Source: a virus
IMG/VR virus record: IMGVR_UViG_3300037070_001066
Span: 40,772 to 104,771 of that record
DNA: 64,000 bases
Strand: one strand, 5' to 3'
How positions within the stretch are numbered: the first letter of the stretch is position 1; each line of letters opens with the position of its first letter. Below are positions 48,928-59,394 of this stretch, piece after piece. The notes beneath the pieces were generated by a model, which ran no database searches, was not told the DNA's origin, and saw only the letters and a program-made list of their open reading frames with translations. The translations under genes and the position numbers were made by a program.

Positions 48928-49600
48928 CGTCTGAATCGTTTTCTCTGTCTTGAGGCGTATTAACGCTTATTGTAAGTTCTTTTATGATTTCAGCTTTAAT
49001 GAAATCTATATAGTGTGGTTGTAATGGATAGTTTGTTGTATACATATCATAACACGGTTTAGCATCATCACATCCACAACATGTACTATAATCCATCAAT
49101 GCCAAAGGATCTTCAAATATTCCTGTAACAGTTACGCATTCAATTAAGTTTAACTCTGCTTGTTTACCAACTATATAAATATACATATCATTATCTAAGA
49201 ATGCATATACAGTATTGAATGGAGAGTACTTGCTATACACGGCTTTCTGTTTAGTTGTAAAGCTAAAAGGAACTGCTAGTCTAGTAGTCGGTTTAATGGC
49301 AATTATAGCTGATTTAAGGTGCAAATCTAATGGAGTTGGTATTTTATCTACAGTTCTTAAAATAGTCTCGCAATCGTACTCTAAACCACATTCATTGGCA
49401 GATACAACTTCAGTTGCCATACAGAGTGTTTGTGTTACAGATATATCTGTAGTATGTTGGTAATTGTTAAGATCTTGTCTTAGATATCTAGCTCTCTTTA
49501 TATTATATAGATGTATAATATATCTATCGTCTATATCTCCATCATCTGAAAACTGTCTTAATTGTTCACGGACATCGTAAACGATTCTTTCTATGATCAT
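48899..49600 (-). CDS. Tail ring protein
   Basis: 233 aa, Cys-containing; GIFEDP and YPL motifs; synteny. Confidence 0.6.
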   Translation of the reverse strand: MIIERIVYDVREQLRQFSDDGDIDDRYIIHLYNIKRARYLRQDLNNYQHTTDISVTQTLCMATEVVSANECGLEYDCETILRTVDKIPTPLDLHLKSAIIAIKPTTRLAVPFSFTTKQKAVYSKYSPFNTVYAFLDNDMYIYIVGKQAELNLIECVTVTGIFEDPLALMDYSTCCGCDDAKPCYDMYTTNYPLQPHYIDFIKAEIIKELTISVNTPQDRENDSDDEQEQTNRR

Positions 49601-49612
49601 ATTTATTTAAAT

Positions 49613-49648
49613 TAAAAAAGCTCCCCAACATTTGAGTCAAGAAGCTTT
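49613..49648 (-). terminator. Intrinsic terminator after the exonuclease gene
   Basis: Minus strand AAAGCTTCTTGAC-loop-GTTGGGGAGCTTT-TTT. Confidence 0.6.
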
Positions 49649-49653
49649 ATATA

Positions 49654-50580
49654 TTATTGGTTTGATTTATATTTTAAATAACTTGTATTTGACATATTAA
49701 AATATTGTCCAGTTTCAAGATCTTTCATTGTATGTTTAATAGTTCCTGCAGGTGTAGTAGCTACACTTATGTGTTCTAAATTACTAGTTCCACTATATGG
49801 AGAAGTTTCTTTAGACCTTTCATTCAATACTCCTGCATGATAATAAGGACCTTCATGATACATTAATTTGCAGTAAACTTTCTCAAGTAGCTCTACATCT
49901 TTATTACAATACTCAATCATCTTATTTAAAGCATCATCTGATTTTCTAAGAATAATATCATCCCATAAAGACATATCTGTTTTAATCTTATTACCAAATC
50001 CTAAGAACTCAGAAATGTAATCAAGTTTATTTGAATTGAAGTTAAACTTACGTCTACATACTTTTAATGTATCAAACTGCTTGTAATCAATCTTCATTGG
50101 AATATTGTGTAGTAATGCTCTTGTTCTAATCCAAGGTAGATCATATCCATCTCCATTATGAGCTACAATAAGATCTGCTTTATTTAGAACTTCAACAAAT
50201 CTTTCTACTAATATAGCATCATCTTGTTTACTATTCCACGCAATTGAGTGAACTTTATCTTCACCTAACCATTTATATGATACACATATAATCTTACGTT
50301 CACTTATAATGTCACCTGGTTGTATAGTCATATTATAACCCACTCTCCAAGACTTTACAATATTATAAGAAGTTTCAATATCATAGAATAACACCTTAAG
50401 TTTTTCTATAGGAGAATATCCTTTTTTAAATTCTGCATTCACTTCTCTCAAAGCTGTTTTACAGTTATTTGTAGTGGTAGTAAATCCTTTATTATTTAGA
50501 TGGTTTCTTAATCTCTTAGATCCTTCTTTCAAATAGCCTGGCTTATTCCTTAAAAATTCCTTAATTTCATTCAGTTCCAT
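49654..50580 (-). CDS. DnaQ/RNase H-like 3'-5' exonuclease (DEDDy type)
   Basis: ExoI FYDIETS, ExoII AHNGDGYD and ExoIII YCNKDV. ATG at 50580 preferred because the longer track start overlaps the promoter. Confidence 0.82.
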   Translation of the reverse strand: MELNEIKEFLRNKPGYLKEGSKRLRNHLNNKGFTTTTNNCKTALREVNAEFKKGYSPIEKLKVLFYDIETSYNIVKSWRVGYNMTIQPGDIISERKIICVSYKWLGEDKVHSIAWNSKQDDAILVERFVEVLNKADLIVAHNGDGYDLPWIRTRALLHNIPMKIDYKQFDTLKVCRRKFNFNSNKLDYISEFLGFGNKIKTDMSLWDDIILRKSDDALNKMIEYCNKDVELLEKVYCKLMYHEGPYYHAGVLNERSKETSPYSGTSNLEHISVATTPAGTIKHTMKDLETGQYFNMSNTSYLKYKSNQ

Positions 50581-50600
50581 ATGTTTATTTTTTAAGATAA

Positions 50601-50636
50601 ATGTAAATATACGAAATATATTTAACATATGCAAAT
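50601..50636 (-). promoter_or_regulatory. Bacteroidetes-type promoter upstream of the exonuclease gene
   Basis: ATTTGCATAT-N14-GTATATTTACAT, with boxes and spacing identical to 31105-31140. Confidence 0.65.
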
Positions 50637-50651
50637 ATTTGCTTACTTATT

Positions 50652-51614
50652 TTAACAATAAGCTGTTTCTAAAATATTACCACTAGCATCAACTCTGAAA
50701 CTTTGCATTGTAGTTATACAGCTATGCCATCTATTGTCGCCACCTCCATTAAATCCAACATGTAAAGCGAAATCTGTACAAATTCTGTTTCCTACATATA
50801 AAACTCCTTCTGAATTTGGTGTAGAACAATACCACACTCCTGTTTGAGTGCTATCACAATAATGTAAAGTAGTACTTGATCCACCATGATTATATACTCC
50901 TACTCCACAAGTAGCAGAATCTGTAACATATCCATTAACTATTTTCCATAAGTAACCAGTACTTATATCTTTATACCAGTTTTGTTGTAATTCATCTTGA
51001 CCAAAAGGTATCGTAAATGCGGCATCATGAAATACTTTTTTAGTAATTCCTAATTCAGGAGAAGGAGAATAACCTATTGGCATAACTTGAGTTTCTGTAC
51101 AAGCTTCTACAGGATCAGAATATCCAAATCCAAATCCAGTTTGATATACTAGACATGAAAATTCAGCTAAAACCAATCCATCATCATTTACATAATATGA
51201 CTTCCGTTGAGGGACAGCTTGAAACCAAGTTCCATCTCCAAACAAAGGACCTGTTAAATTGCTATTATGATATAATATTGTTGTGTTTACTACTATAGTA
51301 GGTGTGCTAGTATATAAAACCATTGTTGGCTCTAAAAATTCACAAGCTTCCCATTCACTACCTATTCCATTAACTGGAGTAAAGTCCCATTTAGTCAAAC
51401 CTACTGCTACATCAATATAATTTGTACAATTACCCGCTGATTTAATTCTAACATAATTTGAAAAATCAGGAACAACTGATGAAGTATATCCTGCAACCAA
51501 AGAAGATTTAGGAACGCCTGTTGCAAAAGCAGTAGTATATCCATCTAAATTAGAATACAAATTAAAAGGACCTACGTCTGTTCCTGCAGCTGTTAATGTT
51601 ATTATTGCTGTCAT
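50652..51614 (-). CDS. Cys-containing putative fibre/decoration protein with repeated ~80-aa modules
   Basis: Ig-like N-terminus followed by about three modules, each flanked by Cys (AC...SC, AC...TC, YC...YC). Confidence 0.55.
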   Translation of the reverse strand: MTAIITLTAAGTDVGPFNLYSNLDGYTTAFATGVPKSSLVAGYTSSVVPDFSNYVRIKSAGNCTNYIDVAVGLTKWDFTPVNGIGSEWEACEFLEPTMVLYTSTPTIVVNTTILYHNSNLTGPLFGDGTWFQAVPQRKSYYVNDDGLVLAEFSCLVYQTGFGFGYSDPVEACTETQVMPIGYSPSPELGITKKVFHDAAFTIPFGQDELQQNWYKDISTGYLWKIVNGYVTDSATCGVGVYNHGGSSTTLHYCDSTQTGVWYCSTPNSEGVLYVGNRICTDFALHVGFNGGGDNRWHSCITTMQSFRVDASGNILETAYC

Positions 51615-51631
51615 AGTTTAAATTTTTTTTA

Positions 51632-52624
51632 TTAGCATAAACGCTTAAAGTCCCATTTTGTTCCTCCTGCTGGTCCTGTTACTCTTATTTTTACTGTATT
51701 ATTAATATTAAAATCTGCTGTTGTGTATTTCCACCAAATAAGTTGAGTATAAAGACCTCCTGGCCAAGGTATAGTAGATCCAGTTTCTGCTCTATATTCA
51801 GCTTCTCTTGATGGAGTATTTCCACTATGAACATTACTTTCTGAACCAATAAACTGTGGTACATTTCTTGATTGACTAGTTTGTGGAATATTGTTACTAG
51901 GCTCTGTTCCCCATGAATTGTCAAAAGGTCCTGCATTTGTTCCTGTCATCCCAGATGTTGCTTTTTTAACTCCATTATGTATTATTTCTATTTTATCAGG
52001 TTCCTGATTTGGATTCATAGCAATAGTAATAAATCCTCCTCCTTGAGATAGCCCAATACTTGTATCTTGAATACCTTCTCCTCCAGAAGGAGTAACTGTA
52101 TTACATCCAGCATCAACTAATGATGTCATAGTTATTGGATTACTAAACCCAGTACTACCAGTTTTAATTGCCCTGATTTGATAATTATAAGGTGTGCCTG
52201 ACACTACTGCATTATCAGTATAACTTCCTGTTGAAGCGGATACTGTAGTAAGTAAGTCACCACCTTTAAAAATTTGATAAAAAGTAACACCTCTTGTTGA
52301 ATTAGGCACTAAATCCCATGAAAAAGATAATGACGTATAGTTAACTGCGCCTGCAGTTAAATTGAATGAAACTAATTCAACAGGACCAACAGTTATTTGT
52401 ATAGCACCTGCCAAGATACAATCATATGCAGGATTAGGTGGATAACACCACCAATCATCAGGAAGAATATATGGACCTCCTTGATTAGCTTTAAGTTTAG
52501 GTGTTGAATTAGGCACAGCTAGTGCCCATAAAGCACCCCATTCTATGTATTGTACACCAATACCAAGGCCGTTTGGGCCCATTATATCATCTGTACTTAT
52601 TGGTCCGCTACAATTTAGTGCCAT
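51632..52624 (-). CDS. Putative fibre-associated protein with fibronectin type III domain
   Basis: LSFSWD...YQIFK...SYTDNAV.SGTPYNYQIRA FN3 pattern. Confidence 0.6.
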   Translation of the reverse strand: MALNCSGPISTDDIMGPNGLGIGVQYIEWGALWALAVPNSTPKLKANQGGPYILPDDWWCYPPNPAYDCILAGAIQITVGPVELVSFNLTAGAVNYTSLSFSWDLVPNSTRGVTFYQIFKGGDLLTTVSASTGSYTDNAVVSGTPYNYQIRAIKTGSTGFSNPITMTSLVDAGCNTVTPSGGEGIQDTSIGLSQGGGFITIAMNPNQEPDKIEIIHNGVKKATSGMTGTNAGPFDNSWGTEPSNNIPQTSQSRNVPQFIGSESNVHSGNTPSREAEYRAETGSTIPWPGGLYTQLIWWKYTTADFNINNTVKIRVTGPAGGTKWDFKRLC

Positions 52625-52625
52625 A

Positions 52626-55600
52626 CTACTTAGATTCTAATGTTAATACTCTTTGTTCCAACTCTTTAATCGCTTCAACTAATACAGCAACCATTGCTTG
52701 GTAATTAACTGATTTTATTTTTTCTTCTGAATCATCAGTTTTAACCAACTCAGGAAATACTTTCTCTAAATCTTGTGCAATGAAGCCAATTTGATTTTTA
52801 TCTTCATTATCAGTTCTATCAAAATTAACACCTTGAGTTTTCAATACTTTTGACAATGAGTTTTCAAGTGGCTTTATGTTTGTTTTTAGTCTAATATCTG
52901 AAGAGGCTGTTACTGTTCCATTAACACTAAGTCCGGAAGCAGTTATAATCATTCTTTGAACAGGTGTGTTCCCAACCCAAAAAGCAATTCCTTGAGCTAC
53001 AGATGATAAGCCTAAACCAACACCGCTTTGTGGAAATATACAATAACCTACGCCAGATGGAGGCGCAAGTAAACCACCTCCACTAAATTGTATGTTACCA
53101 GTAAAATCAGCAATACCATCATAACTTAATCTTAGTCTTTCGCCTCCGTTAACATAAACTATAAAAGGAGCTAGACCATCTCCGTAAAGAACATTTGCGT
53201 ATGGTATGCTTCCAAGCGATGTTCCTGTAGAATTATTTTTTCCAAAGTAAAAATTACCATTATCATTTCTTGTATTTATAAAAGACGTTTCTGTAGATTG
53301 ATTAAAAGTAGCTCCACCATAAACTTGTAGCTTTCCTCCAATATCAGAAGTCATTCCAATTAAAACATTTCCTGATGAATTAACTCTTAATCTTTCAAGA
53401 CCAGTTGTATGAATGATAAAATCATTACCGGTTACCCCTATAAATGGAGTATAAGTTGTATTTGCTGCTTCAAATAATATACCTGATAAATTTGTAGTTC
53501 CATTTGTACTAGATAACAACAAAGGTTCAGAATAAATACCTTTAATATGTAACGACCTATTTGGAGTATCAGTTCCGATACCAACATTACCACCCATTAA
53601 CGCTAATGAGTTAGTGAAGTTAATATATCCAGTAGATTTAACACTATCTGTAATTCCAATTTCTGCATAGCCACCAGACGTATTACTTGCTCTTATAGAA
53701 GTAGCGCCATCAGTAGGTTTTCTTACATCAAGTTGAGCTAATGGACTATTAGTTCCAATACCAACACTTCCGTTAGAATTAATAAACATTTTATTACTAC
53801 CGTTAATATTGAAATACAAAGCCCCTGTACCACCTACACTATCAATAGCTGCACCGCCTCCACCTAATGCGTTTAAACGAATAGTTGAACTATATGCACC
53901 AGCAGAACTACTAAGAGTTAATATAGCATCAGCTGTAGCATGAATATGTAAGTTAGTACTTGGTGTTATAGTTCCAATACCAACATTACCACCTAATGGA
54001 TTTAAAATTAATTGTCTTGGAACATCAGAATTATCAATAACACCTTGTATAGAAGGCTCGCCACCATCAGCACCAAATACCAGTCCTCTATTTGTAGAAG
54101 TTGAACTTACTTTAAACCCTAGGTTACTAGTTGTTGATACGTGAAGTTTGTAAAAAGGTGAATTTGTTCCAATCCCAACATTGGCTCCGTCATCGTACAT
54201 TACTCCAGTACCTAAATTTGAAGCTGATCCCCATTTTGCTATATAATTTGGTGACCCAGAACCTGAAGGTTTAGAATTCCAAATTCCTATGTCTGTTGTA
54301 GTAACATGTTGAAATGCAACATTATCATTCTTTCCTGTTAAAGCATCATGAGCAGTTACTCCTACAGAAGAACTTGAAGATGTTGCTGTTATTGGTCTAA
54401 AATAGAAATCATTTGGATCTCCTAATAGCGAACCATTTGCTGGGGTACCAGCTCTTAAATAGAATGTACCTAAAGCTATACTGTCTCCTGCAGGTAATAC
54501 ATCTGCAAATACTGTTGACGTTAAACCAGCTATTGCATCATCTCTATTTGCAAAGATTGCGTTTACTCCAAATGCAGGAGCATTACTTGTAGAAGCTTTG
54601 GTTTGTATAACCATTGTTCCAGTTACAGTGACAAGTAATTTATATACTTGGTAATTAGTATTTGCAACGGCTCCTGCTCCTACAGTACCTCCAGCATTAT
54701 ACCATTGTGTTGGATTGATAACTGTTGATAAAGCAATACTAGTTGCTAATGAAGATAAGTTTGGCAATGCAAATAAGAACTGCATTGGAGTAGGATTAAC
54801 TGTGTCTGCAATAGTTAAATAGTTTGGGTCTAATTTGTTGTTAGCATAGTTAATTGAATTCTTACTAAAAGTAACTCCTCTGTTCCCAAATGATATAGAT
54901 GCTGCTCCAGATGGAACTATTGTTCCTGAAGAAAGGACAAGTCTGTCTCTATTGTTGACTCTATTATTAGCTAAATCAGGAAAGTATTTAAACGAAACAA
55001 TGCTATAAACTCCTGCTGTATTTGCAACAATCATACGAGCTAGATAACAAGTATCTTGGTCATAAACTTTAGAACCTTGAAATACTGCATTGCCTAACTT
55101 GTTTATCCCTACATAGAATACACCTCTTGTATTAACAGCTAAAGGAGTATTAGTAGCATTAACTACAAATGATTTATTCCCAAAACTTAATAAAAAGTTT
55201 GCTATTTTATTTGCAGGAGTATCAACTACTATCTCATTAATGAAAAGTATATTGTCAACTGCAGTTATATTTAATGTATCAGCAGGAGATATAGATAATA
55301 CAGATACATCTGTATCTGGTCTACTTCTACCTGTTTGATATAAGTTTTTAAAATCTGTCTTATCAGTCTTAACTAAAGCTATTAATGAAGTCTCAGTTTG
55401 ATCTAATTGAGTCTGAACATTTGATCCTGTAAGATAATCTACATGAGGAGTTGCTGGTACTTGTAATGCTGTTGTATTATGAGGATTAGACATATTTGCA
55501 ATATGTGCATCCAATACAGATTTATCTCCTTTTAAAAGTAATCCTTCATACACAGCTTCTCCACTAGGAGCATGTGTTGTATCTCCATCAGTAATTGTTT

Positions 55601-55859
55601 GCGTAATAATAGCACTACCTCCTAAATCAGTCCAATTCAAAGCATTGGTCCAGTTTGGATCAGTAACATCTAATCCATCAAATCTTGCAGTAGTTCCTGA
55701 TTGAGATACAATGTGTCCAATAGTTCTTTTGTTAATTGGAATAGTATTTCTTTCGCTTATAGATGAAACTGCAAGAGCTCCACCTTTAAGTGAACTAGAA
55801 TTCATTAAAGGATTTGCTGTGTTGTTATGTTCGAGTATGTCTGGATAAAAAATTGCCAT
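52626..55859 (-). CDS. Tail fibre with C-terminal intramolecular chaperone (peptidase S74)
   Basis: GNVGIGT repeats; SSDIRLKTNI...GFIAQDLEKVFPELV...VNY...LVEAIKEL. Confidence 0.88.
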   Translation of the reverse strand: MAIFYPDILEHNNTANPLMNSSSLKGGALAVSSISERNTIPINKRTIGHIVSQSGTTARFDGLDVTDPNWTNALNWTDLGGSAIITQTITDGDTTHAPSGEAVYEGLLLKGDKSVLDAHIANMSNPHNTTALQVPATPHVDYLTGSNVQTQLDQTETSLIALVKTDKTDFKNLYQTGRSRPDTDVSVLSISPADTLNITAVDNILFINEIVVDTPANKIANFLLSFGNKSFVVNATNTPLAVNTRGVFYVGINKLGNAVFQGSKVYDQDTCYLARMIVANTAGVYSIVSFKYFPDLANNRVNNRDRLVLSSGTIVPSGAASISFGNRGVTFSKNSINYANNKLDPNYLTIADTVNPTPMQFLFALPNLSSLATSIALSTVINPTQWYNAGGTVGAGAVANTNYQVYKLLVTVTGTMVIQTKASTSNAPAFGVNAIFANRDDAIAGLTSTVFADVLPAGDSIALGTFYLRAGTPANGSLLGDPNDFYFRPITATSSSSSVGVTAHDALTGKNDNVAFQHVTTTDIGIWNSKPSGSGSPNYIAKWGSASNLGTGVMYDDGANVGIGTNSPFYKLHVSTTSNLGFKVSSTSTNRGLVFGADGGEPSIQGVIDNSDVPRQLILNPLGGNVGIGTITPSTNLHIHATADAILTLSSSAGAYSSTIRLNALGGGGAAIDSVGGTGALYFNINGSNKMFINSNGSVGIGTNSPLAQLDVRKPTDGATSIRASNTSGGYAEIGITDSVKSTGYINFTNSLALMGGNVGIGTDTPNRSLHIKGIYSEPLLLSSTNGTTNLSGILFEAANTTYTPFIGVTGNDFIIHTTGLERLRVNSSGNVLIGMTSDIGGKLQVYGGATFNQSTETSFINTRNDNGNFYFGKNNSTGTSLGSIPYANVLYGDGLAPFIVYVNGGERLRLSYDGIADFTGNIQFSGGGLLAPPSGVGYCIFPQSGVGLGLSSVAQGIAFWVGNTPVQRMIITASGLSVNGTVTASSDIRLKTNIKPLENSLSKVLKTQGVNFDRTDNEDKNQIGFIAQDLEKVFPELVKTDDSEEKIKSVNYQAMVAVLVEAIKELEQRVLTLESK
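53340..54190 (-). repeat. Five degenerate GNVGIGT-type fibre repeats
   Basis: ANVGIGTNSP, GNVGIGTITP, GSVGIGTNSP, GNVGIGTDTP and GNVLIGMTS; boundaries approximate. Confidence 0.75.
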
Positions 55860-55860
55860 G

Positions 55861-56841
55861 TTATGTAATTGCTAAAGTTGTACCTGATGCAAACGCTTTG
55901 TCTGAATTAGATTTATAAACTGTCATATTTAAAACCACTCCTTTAGAGTTGGTATAACTGAAACTTCCAATATTAGTGAAAGCTGATAACACTGATAATG
56001 CTCCGTTCATTATTATGTTGGATAGATTACCATATGTGCTTGCATAAGCGATATAAGTAAAGTTTCCTGTAACATCATTATATGCTCCTGCTGTATAGTT
56101 TGCTGCTTTACCTCCAACTAAAACTGATTGTTGTAATGCATTTATAACACTAGCTACTTGAGCAGGCGTAGAAGCGCCAGTCAATACAGTGTTTGATGCT
56201 CCAAAAAAATGTCTAAAGAACCATGTTCTTGTTGTAGATACACTTGATATAGGAACGTTGTTATCATCTGTACCAGATATAGTCCATGTTTTAGTTACAG
56301 AAGAATTGCTTGTCGAAGGAGCAGATCCTAAGTATGGAGAAGTTTCTGCCATAATACTTCTGTTATATCCATCTCCAGTTATGAATCTATTTTTAGGTTG
56401 ATTACCTAAACTGTCATTTACAGCTGTATATGTTATAGACAAACTATTAAGTATCTCTCCAACTTCTATTGGATTAGAGTTAGGAGCAGCTGTTAATGTA
56501 ATGCCTGTGTACGCAGGCTTAACATACTCAAGAGCAATGTCTTTGAATAATTCAATAATAGTCATTCCTGTTGAATGAATAGTTGTTACACCTTCATATT
56601 TACCTAAAGTTTTTCCTGCAGATAATACAACAGGTATATCTTCAGTAAATGTAGATCCAACTTGTATTTTCTCAAAATCTCCAGGAGATAGTAATCCAGC
56701 ATTAATGCTATTAGCTAAAGGAATAGTCGCGTCTTCTCCTCCTGTATTGGTAACTATACCATCTATAGGGGAAGCTATGTATCCAAGATCTATAAACGTT
56801 AATCCTGAATTTGATAATATATTTACTACTTTAGCGCACAT
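55861..56841 (-). CDS. Putative structural/fibre protein
   Basis: Thr/Ser/Gly-rich beta protein with ATIPLA...AGLLS.GD motif, in the fibre block. Confidence 0.6.
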   Translation of the reverse strand: MCAKVVNILSNSGLTFIDLGYIASPIDGIVTNTGGEDATIPLANSINAGLLSPGDFEKIQVGSTFTEDIPVVLSAGKTLGKYEGVTTIHSTGMTIIELFKDIALEYVKPAYTGITLTAAPNSNPIEVGEILNSLSITYTAVNDSLGNQPKNRFITGDGYNRSIMAETSPYLGSAPSTSNSSVTKTWTISGTDDNNVPISSVSTTRTWFFRHFFGASNTVLTGASTPAQVASVINALQQSVLVGGKAANYTAGAYNDVTGNFTYIAYASTYGNLSNIIMNGALSVLSAFTNIGSFSYTNSKGVVLNMTVYKSNSDKAFASGTTLAIT

Positions 56842-57242
56842 TATATTGTCTCTATTATGTATTGAACATATACTTTTGAATTAGCTTTAACTGTAAATGT
56901 GTAAACTGTTTGATTTAAGGTAGACACTTCTAAATTAAGACTTGATCCTGCTGGAAATGTAACATTATCTACTCCTACTTGTTTATATATTCCACCTTCC
57001 ATTACATTGATTGATATAGAGTGAAATGTGTTTACTGGATAGGATACAACTAAGTCTGCTAATGGTTCGAATATCTCATCAACAACAGTACTATAATCTG
57101 CTCCACCATTTGCACAAGAACTTACAGCAGCAACTAAATCTACTAATTTTCTTAAATCTGAATTCTTTATTTTATTACAATCTTGAAAGGCTATAAGTAA
57201 TTCATTTATTACTTGGTCGATTTCATTACACTCTATAACCAT
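56841..57242 (-). CDS. Putative structural protein
   Basis: 133 aa with Cys-containing N-terminal helices; translationally coupled to the next gene. Confidence 0.6.
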   Translation of the reverse strand: MVIECNEIDQVINELLIAFQDCNKIKNSDLRKLVDLVAAVSSCANGGADYSTVVDEIFEPLADLVVSYPVNTFHSISINVMEGGIYKQVGVDNVTFPAGSSLNLEVSTLNQTVYTFTVKANSKVYVQYIIETI

Positions 57243-57267
57243 CTTGTTTTATTTTAAATTATTTATT

Positions 57268-58095
57268 TTATATCTGTACAACTTCTAAATGAATTTTTAA
57301 GTTCTGAGCTCCAGTAGAACTCTCTCTTAGTCCAAAGTCAAATTGTGTTGCAGTTATTACTTTTAGAACTCCTTGTAATACTCTACTATCTGCATCATAA
57401 GGAGATGCCGCTAAAGTTTCTACACATTGTCTAAAGAAGTAACTTGTATTAGTCATAGAATTAGCTACAGTACATCTAACTACAGTCAATCCAGCTACAT
57501 CATTAAACGTAACTTCTGCAACAGTTATATCTCCAAATACAGGCAAAAACGTTCCTACAGGTGTGCTTCCTAAATTCAATCCACTAAATCCACCAACATT
57601 AAATACTTTGTTTACTGGACTAGTACCTGGAATTCCTTGTGGACCTATAGGTCCTTGTGGACCAGTAGCTCCTTGAGGCCCAGTTGCGCCAGTATTACCA
57701 GTATCTCCTTTTGGTCCAGTCGCTCCAGATCCTGCAGGTCCAGTTGGCCCTGTTGGTCCTTGAATACCTTGAGGCCCTTGAGCGCCTGTTGGTCCAGTTT
57801 GAGATGGAAAGAAATTGAATATTCTATTAGAATAGTCTATACCAAAAGAAGTTACTCCATCAGGATATGTAAAGTTAGTTGAACGTAGCCCTACTTCAGC
57901 ACCTACAACTTCTCTCCATTCCCATCTAGATTTCTCTTCTATACATAGCACAACTAATCCTTCAGGATATACATATGCTAAATTATCATTAACACCTAAA
58001 TCTTTAAGTGCTGCTTCGCTTAATGAATACTCTTTTACACTCAGTGGTATTTGGTTCTGTGTTCTTAAGCCTAAAGGTATATTTGCGTAATCCAT
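57268..58095 (-). CDS. Collagen-like fibre protein
   Basis: Central Gly-X-Y run between globular N- and C-terminal domains. Confidence 0.8.
   Translation of the reverse strand: MDYANIPLGLRTQNQIPLSVKEYSLSEAALKDLGVNDNLAYVYPEGLVVLCIEEKSRWEWREVVGAEVGLRSTNFTYPDGVTSFGIDYSNRIFNFFPSQTGPTGAQGPQGIQGPTGPTGPAGSGATGPKGDTGNTGATGPQGATGPQGPIGPQGIPGTSPVNKVFNVGGFSGLNLGSTPVGTFLPVFGDITVAEVTFNDVAGLTVVRCTVANSMTNTSYFFRQCVETLAASPYDADSRVLQGVLKVITATQFDFGLRESSTGAQNLKIHLEVVQI
57622..57795 (-). repeat. Collagen Gly-X-Y repeat (about 19 triplets, one GS interruption)
   Basis: [58 protein letters not shown]. Confidence 0.9.
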
Positions 58096-58742
58096 TATAT
58101 TTGTTTTATTTTAAATTTCATAGTTCCAATAGAGTATAAATTATTACCAATAAATATTCTAGTTTTTAGTTCGTCATTATAATGAGATTGAAATCCTTCA
58201 GTTACATTATTTCCAAGAACATCATATATTTCGTATTCAGTATCTTCTTCTGAGCAGTTCAATGCGAATGCAATTAAACCTATATCTTCATATACTATAT
58301 CAATACCTTCAGCAAATACTTCTCTAGTTGCAGCATCTTTTGTTTCTAAGTAAGTGCCTGAAGCAACTAAATCAAGAATGTTTTGATAGGTGATACCTAG
58401 AGACTCTTGCCAATATACTACAGAAGGAACTGGAAGAACAACAACTTGTTCATTCTTGTCTGCTACAACAAACTTAGTATCTAAATTAACTGGGAATCCA
58501 GTAACTGTTTTTACTTTGCATATATATTTAGAATTATTATACAAAGTTATGTATAAGCATTCTAGTTGTTTTCTTTGTTTATTAGAGATAGTGACATTGC
58601 ATTCATTTAAAAGATTGAATATTAAGTTTAATACATATAAATCTTCTGATTCAAGTTTTCCGTTTAGTCTTGCTTGATTGTGTAGTTTTTTTAATGAAGC
58701 ATTCAGAACTAACGCATGGTTGTTTTCTGTTATTTCTATCAT
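58095..58742 (-). CDS. Putative tail hub / fibre attachment protein
   Basis: 215 aa with Cys-containing helical N-terminus; assignment by synteny only. Confidence 0.5.
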   Translation of the reverse strand: MIEITENNHALVLNASLKKLHNQARLNGKLESEDLYVLNLIFNLLNECNVTISNKQRKQLECLYITLYNNSKYICKVKTVTGFPVNLDTKFVVADKNEQVVVLPVPSVVYWQESLGITYQNILDLVASGTYLETKDAATREVFAEGIDIVYEDIGLIAFALNCSEEDTEYEIYDVLGNNVTEGFQSHYNDELKTRIFIGNNLYSIGTMKFKIKQI

Positions 58743-59323
58743 TACTCTATCTGTTTAAATCCGCCACATGTAGTGCATTTACTTGACTCACATGACACGC
58801 AATTATTATTTAGACTACAAAGCTTCTTCAGCATATTTATGTTGTTCATAGCGTCTGAATAGAAGCCTAATTCTATACTTTTAAGTGTTGCATCAATTAG
58901 TAATCCTACTTGAATTACTAAATTTGAATTTAAATTTGGTTGATAGTTTGTACAGTTAGCTGTATTAGCTTTCATAAATTCATTCAACAAACATATGTAG
59001 TAATCGTATAAGTTATAAGTAATGGCCAATGCAGGAGAACCACATGTAGAACAGTTTTCTTCTGGAACATTATCAGTTATTTCAACGAACCATAAGTCCT
59101 TGAAAAAGTCAGTTGATAACTCTGTATTCGTATATATAAGAACTTCTTTATTGTTAGTTCCTACAATTTTGTAAGAACCATCTATAGCTAGAGAATAGTC
59201 TTTAAAGGTATTCATGTTCCAGAATTTTATAGATACAATTTGATAACCTACTAATGTTTCTACATCTAAGGCTATTTGACTACCATCTTCTATTATTGAA
59301 AAGTTATTTACAATTATTGCCAT
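58742..59323 (-). CDS. Cys-rich putative tail hub protein
   Basis: NCSTCG, KKLC and CVSCESSKCTTCG; follows the auxiliary capsid-like gene. Confidence 0.55.
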   Translation of the reverse strand: MAIIVNNFSIIEDGSQIALDVETLVGYQIVSIKFWNMNTFKDYSLAIDGSYKIVGTNNKEVLIYTNTELSTDFFKDLWFVEITDNVPEENCSTCGSPALAITYNLYDYYICLLNEFMKANTANCTNYQPNLNSNLVIQVGLLIDATLKSIELGFYSDAMNNINMLKKLCSLNNNCVSCESSKCTTCGGFKQIE

Positions 59324-59340
59324 TTATATATTTTTTAGTC

Positions 59341-59373
59341 AAAAAAAAAGGAGAGGAAAAATATCCTCCCCTT
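59341..59373 (-). terminator. Intrinsic terminator
   Basis: Minus strand AAGGGGAGGA-TATTTT-TCCTCTCCTT followed by a T-run. Confidence 0.8.
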
Positions 59374-59394
59374 AATTTCATTAGGTTATTGTTA

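Noticed and set aside
57622-57795. Tandem repeat resembling an array
   Set aside because: Explained by collagen Gly-X-Y coding; no CRISPR-like repeat-spacer structure.
50652-58095. Diversity-generating retroelement targeting fibre genes
   Set aside because: No reverse transcriptase in the window and no template/variable repeat pair noticed by eye; a self-alignment would be needed to exclude it fully.
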